From positions 1-38,101 of the forward strand of contig NW_021835864.1 of the NCBI RefSeq assembly GCF_006345805.1: a stretch of DNA of 38,101 bases, written 5' to 3'. The first letter of the stretch is position 1; every line of letters begins with the position of its first letter. The notes below the pieces were generated by a model. It searched no databases, was not told the origin of the DNA, and saw only the letters and a list, made by a program, of their open reading frames with translations. The translations under genes and the position numbers were made by a program. Positions 34,720 to 38,101 of the stretch are shown piece by piece. Source of the DNA: Octopus sinensis. Its lineage: Eukaryota.

Positions 34720-34935
34720 ATGTATATATTTGTGTGTGCCTGTGTTTGTCCCCTCCACAATTGCTTGACAACCGATGCTGGTGTGTTTACGCCCCATAAC
34801 TTAGCAGTTCAGCAAAAGGGGCCGATAGAATAAGTTATTGTCATACAAAGAATAAGTCCTAGGGTTGATTTGCTTGACTAAAGGCAGTGCTCCAGCATAG
34901 GCACAGCCAAATGACTGAAACAAATGAAAAAAAAG
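34294..34935 (+). mobile_element. SINE family A with ~275-bp expanded AT-rich linker
   Basis: Head at 34294-34455, linker 34460-34735, tail to 34935. Confidence 0.9.
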
Positions 34936-35129
34936 AAAAACTAGTTTTATAATTGAATATCTTTAGGAATTGTATAAAAAGATTGTCGAAATATTTTATG
35001 TATTATAGAATTATAACCGATTTTATTGCCCATAAATTTTAAAAGCAAAATCCAATATGGCCCTCCAAGGGCCGTATGGACCCTGAATAGAAACCACTGA
35101 TCTAAGTGAGTAAACCAGCTTGTTTTAAC

Positions 35130-35260
35130 AAAGCTACTTGAGAATGGAAAATGACTTTATCTCTACTAGATACAAGGAAGATATTTATGACCAAAAATAC
35201 ATGCTTAAGAAGAGGAATCTTCCAGGGAGACTCATTATCATCCTGACTCCTTTGACTGCA
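35130..35260 (+). mobile_element. R4/Dong-like reverse transcriptase fragment
   Basis: EWKMTLSLLDTRKIFMTKNTCLRRGIFQGDSLS, the RT 'GIFQGDSLSP' motif. Confidence 0.6.
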
Positions 35261-35295
35261 CATATTCATGCACACGAGTCAGTAGCAATGTCTAT

Positions 35296-35500
35296 GAGCT
35301 GAAAGAATCGTTAACATGCGGGACAAAATGCTCAGAAGTATTTCTGCCAGATTTACGTTCAGAGTTCAAATTCTCCAGAGGTCAACTTTATCTTTCATCC
35401 TTTCGGGGTAAATAAAATAAGTATAAGCTGAACAACGAGATCAATATAATCGACTTACACCCTTAAAGCTGTTGACCTTGTGCCAAACTCTGAAACCAAT
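35296..35500 (+). mobile_element. SINE family D
   Basis: GAGCTGAAAGAATCGTTAACA...GTTCAAATTC..GAGGTCAACTTT.TCTTTCATCCTTTCGGGG. Confidence 0.82.
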
Positions 35501-35623
35501 ATGCTCACATTTTGGCATGGAAACGGATGAGAAATGGTATAAGAATGCATATAATCTGTTACACTTCAGAGCAGGACGTCTCATTGTCCTGCAACGTCCT
35601 CAATATTCTTCTCAACCTCTATA

Positions 35624-36221
35624 CAAAGTGTTCAAAAAGTCTCTCCGCACTAAGTATTTTATTGTAAAATAAATATTTATAAGATGGTCTAAGACTACAA
35701 AAGAATATATTAAACTTTATGAGACTTTAAAAACCTTTATAAGAGGGGTTGAAGGTGTCGTCCTTCATTTTCGATACATAAAATTTAATTTCTTTTTAAC
35801 TGCCGTGTGAGCACCTCCTAGGCTGGCTTCCGTTTCCTATGACAATTTGCATAAGAACTTTGACGGACTTGCCAACAGTTTATTAGAAATATTAGTGAGT
35901 GTTTCATCTGAAAGAACAGTAGGCTTACCGCTTCTTGCTGCATCTCCCACTGAGCTTGTGTTTCTAAATTTTCTTATCAAATCCCTGCACAGTGTCATGA
36001 TGTGGAACTTCTGCTTCACAGAATCTGTGTATTTGTTTCCAGCTCAAAACCCCCATTCAACTAAAAACGTACGTTCTTCAATGGTTAGCATGTTGACACG
36101 CTGAAGGGCACACAATGACTGAGGGACAATAGCTGACACCTAGCCACCCATGCAGCGATAGCCAAGTTGTGCATGCACAGGATGAAAATGCTCACTGCGG
36201 AGAGACTTTTTGAACACCCTG
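35624..36221 (-). mobile_element. Internally deleted Tc1/mariner-superfamily element (DD37-type, DUF4817-like N-terminal HTH), ~600 bp
   Basis: 26-bp TIRs CAAAGTGTTCAAAAAGTCTCTCCGCA / TGCGGAGAGACTTTTTGAACACCCTG. Minus translation MLTIEERTFLVE..KYTDSVKQKF..RDLIRKFRNTSSVGDAARSGKPTVL..LLASPSKFLCKLS; catalytic domain absent. Confidence 0.85.
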
Positions 36222-37261
36222 TGCTTAATAAAGGAAGCATCGTTTTTATCATTGTTCTTATTTTGTATTGTTTAATCCTGAAGCTTCACTGGAGAATATA
36301 ACAGTGAGTCAGCTGTCCACAAATAGTGGACTTGTTGCCAGAGGTTTGCATGTGGCTGCATGTAAAGGATGTAACATCACCTCACAAACAATTAATAGTA
36401 AATTTTATTACAGTGCACACATGCATTTTCATGTTGTTCATGAATTAGAAATTGCAGCAACAAAGTTTACACTATGGAAAGAATAATTCTGTAGCTTTTA
36501 CAAATAGTTGATTAAAAAAGGTCTCTAATTAAGCTGTCAAGACAGGAGAAAATATACACACTGGATAATATACACAGCCAACTATAACAGCATATTAAGG
36601 TTAAGTAGGATCCGTAGTAATGACTATCAAATGCAGCCAGAGAGAGTGCGGAGCTGAGCTGCAGGTTTGCCACACACTGAAGTGAGAAGTGAGTGGTGAG
36701 ATGCATCGTCCGGTATCTGTGCAAATAAGCTTGGTAAGATTAGCGACAACATTTCACCTGGTCAACTTCATCTGCAAATATGCTGTGAAGTCGTCGCTAA
36801 AAACGTGCCTGTTGATAACATTTTTAAGGAAATGTTCCAGAGGCTTCTAGAATGATCTCTCACGTGATGTCTAGGTGCTGCTTGGTTAATAACTCAGCCA
36901 TAAAGGTGTTTTTATGCCATGATTTTATCTTCGCAAACAGACGACATGGTTTCGAGTCTTGTTATAAGCTAATGCAACACTCTTCATATAGATTTCGAAA
37001 AGTTAGTGAAGGATTCGCGCACCACCAACTAACACTGTTTTCTGTAGCTGTTCTCTCTACGTATTTACCCCTATTTTTCAATCCTCTTTCAGGGTGTCTT
37101 AGTGACTGTACTCAAAGCTTTATCGACAAGTATCACACTCACCTTCTTCAATGAACACAGTATTTTTTTTTCCCACTCCAAACCTTCCCAACTTTTTTTT
37201 TCTGATATTTTGTTGTTGTTAATGATGATGATGATGACGATGGTAATAATAATGATAATCA

Positions 37262-37469
37262 TTTCTACTAAAGGTCTGAAATTTGGGGGAGGGGACTAGT
37301 TGATTACATTAACCCCAGTGTTTTTCAGTGGTTCTTGATTTATTGACTTCAAAAGGATGAAAGGCAAAGTCAACCCTCAGCGAAATTTGAACCCAGAATA
37401 CAGCAATGGGTGAAATACCACTAATCATTTTGTCCAGCATGCTGTAACGATTCTGCCAGCTTGCCACCT
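37262..37469 (-). mobile_element. SINE family D, full length, between (ATG/ATA)n and (AAT)n
   Basis: Reverse complement AGGTGGCAAGCTGGCAGAATCGTTACAGCATGCTGG...GTTGACTTTGCCTTTCATCCTTTTG. Confidence 0.88.
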
Positions 37470-37492
37470 AACTAATAATAACAATAATAATG

Positions 37493-37524
<32 letters not shown>

Positions 37525-37900
37525 TCTTTTTTATTGGCCACATGGGCTGAGGAAAACATTTTGTACAGTACAACGACAAAGGACAGTGGACACAGAGCTA
37601 TAGACTCGAGTAAACAAAAAAAAAAAACATTAACAATTAGCAATAACAACAAAACAACAGAAACAACATCAAGAACAATAACAGCAACAACAACAACGAC
37701 GACGACGATGATATGATTGTAGTGATGTTAATAATGGTAACAACAAGAAGATTGGTGATAACAATATCTTAATTACATTTCTGCTTAAAATAATCAAATT
37801 TCCATGCATTATAAACAAATTCGTGATAAAGTTGAGAGAATCAAGCCTAAGGTCCAATACTGAAAGAGATACCTCAGTTTACAAGCAGCACACACATGCA

Positions 37901-38101
37901 TCTTCTTCTTCTTCTTCTTCTTCTTCTTCTTCTTCTTCTTCTCTTCTTCTTCTTCTCTCTTCTTCTTCTTCTTCTTCTTCTTCCTTCTTATTCTTCTTCT
38001 TCTTTCTTATCTTCTTCTCTTTTCCCGTTCTTCTTCTTCTTCTCCTTCTTCTTCTTCTTCTCTTCTTCTTCTTCTTCTCCTTCTTCTCTTCTTCTTCTTC
38101 T
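37901..38101. repeat. Degenerate (TTC)n polypyrimidine array, running off the window end
   Basis: Direct inspection. Confidence 0.97.

Overview
AT-rich, repeat-saturated eukaryotic genomic DNA, most likely intronic or intergenic sequence from an octopus or other coleoid cephalopod. The taxon is inferred from the SINE types and the extreme (TA)n/(TG)n/(TATG)n load, not proven. No complete protein-coding gene is identifiable, and almost all listed ORFs are microsatellite translations. Supportable content: at least 4 tRNA-derived SINE types (about 18 copies); fragments of L2/CR1-, RTE- and R4/Dong-clade LINEs; a full-length but inactivated Tc1 element with ~170-bp TIRs; an internally deleted mariner; a deleted DD37-type Tc1/mariner element; a Tc1/mariner MITE; and a hAT MITE. 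The most notable signal is three minimal type-I hammerhead-ribozyme-like motifs (9667-9701 +, 10324-10369 +, 22332-22367 -). All share a palindromic GAAACGT stem III, each carries a different core substitution, and each sits in a different short non-coding element, which points to Penelope-like or retrozyme-like elements. Also notable: the L2/CR1 LINE 3' end matches the tail of the dominant SINE, SINE bodies are shuffled behind a shared head, a CCAAT/E2F/TATA promoter-like island lies at 29.2-29.4 kb, and a few minus-strand micro-exon candidates include a signal-peptide-like one.
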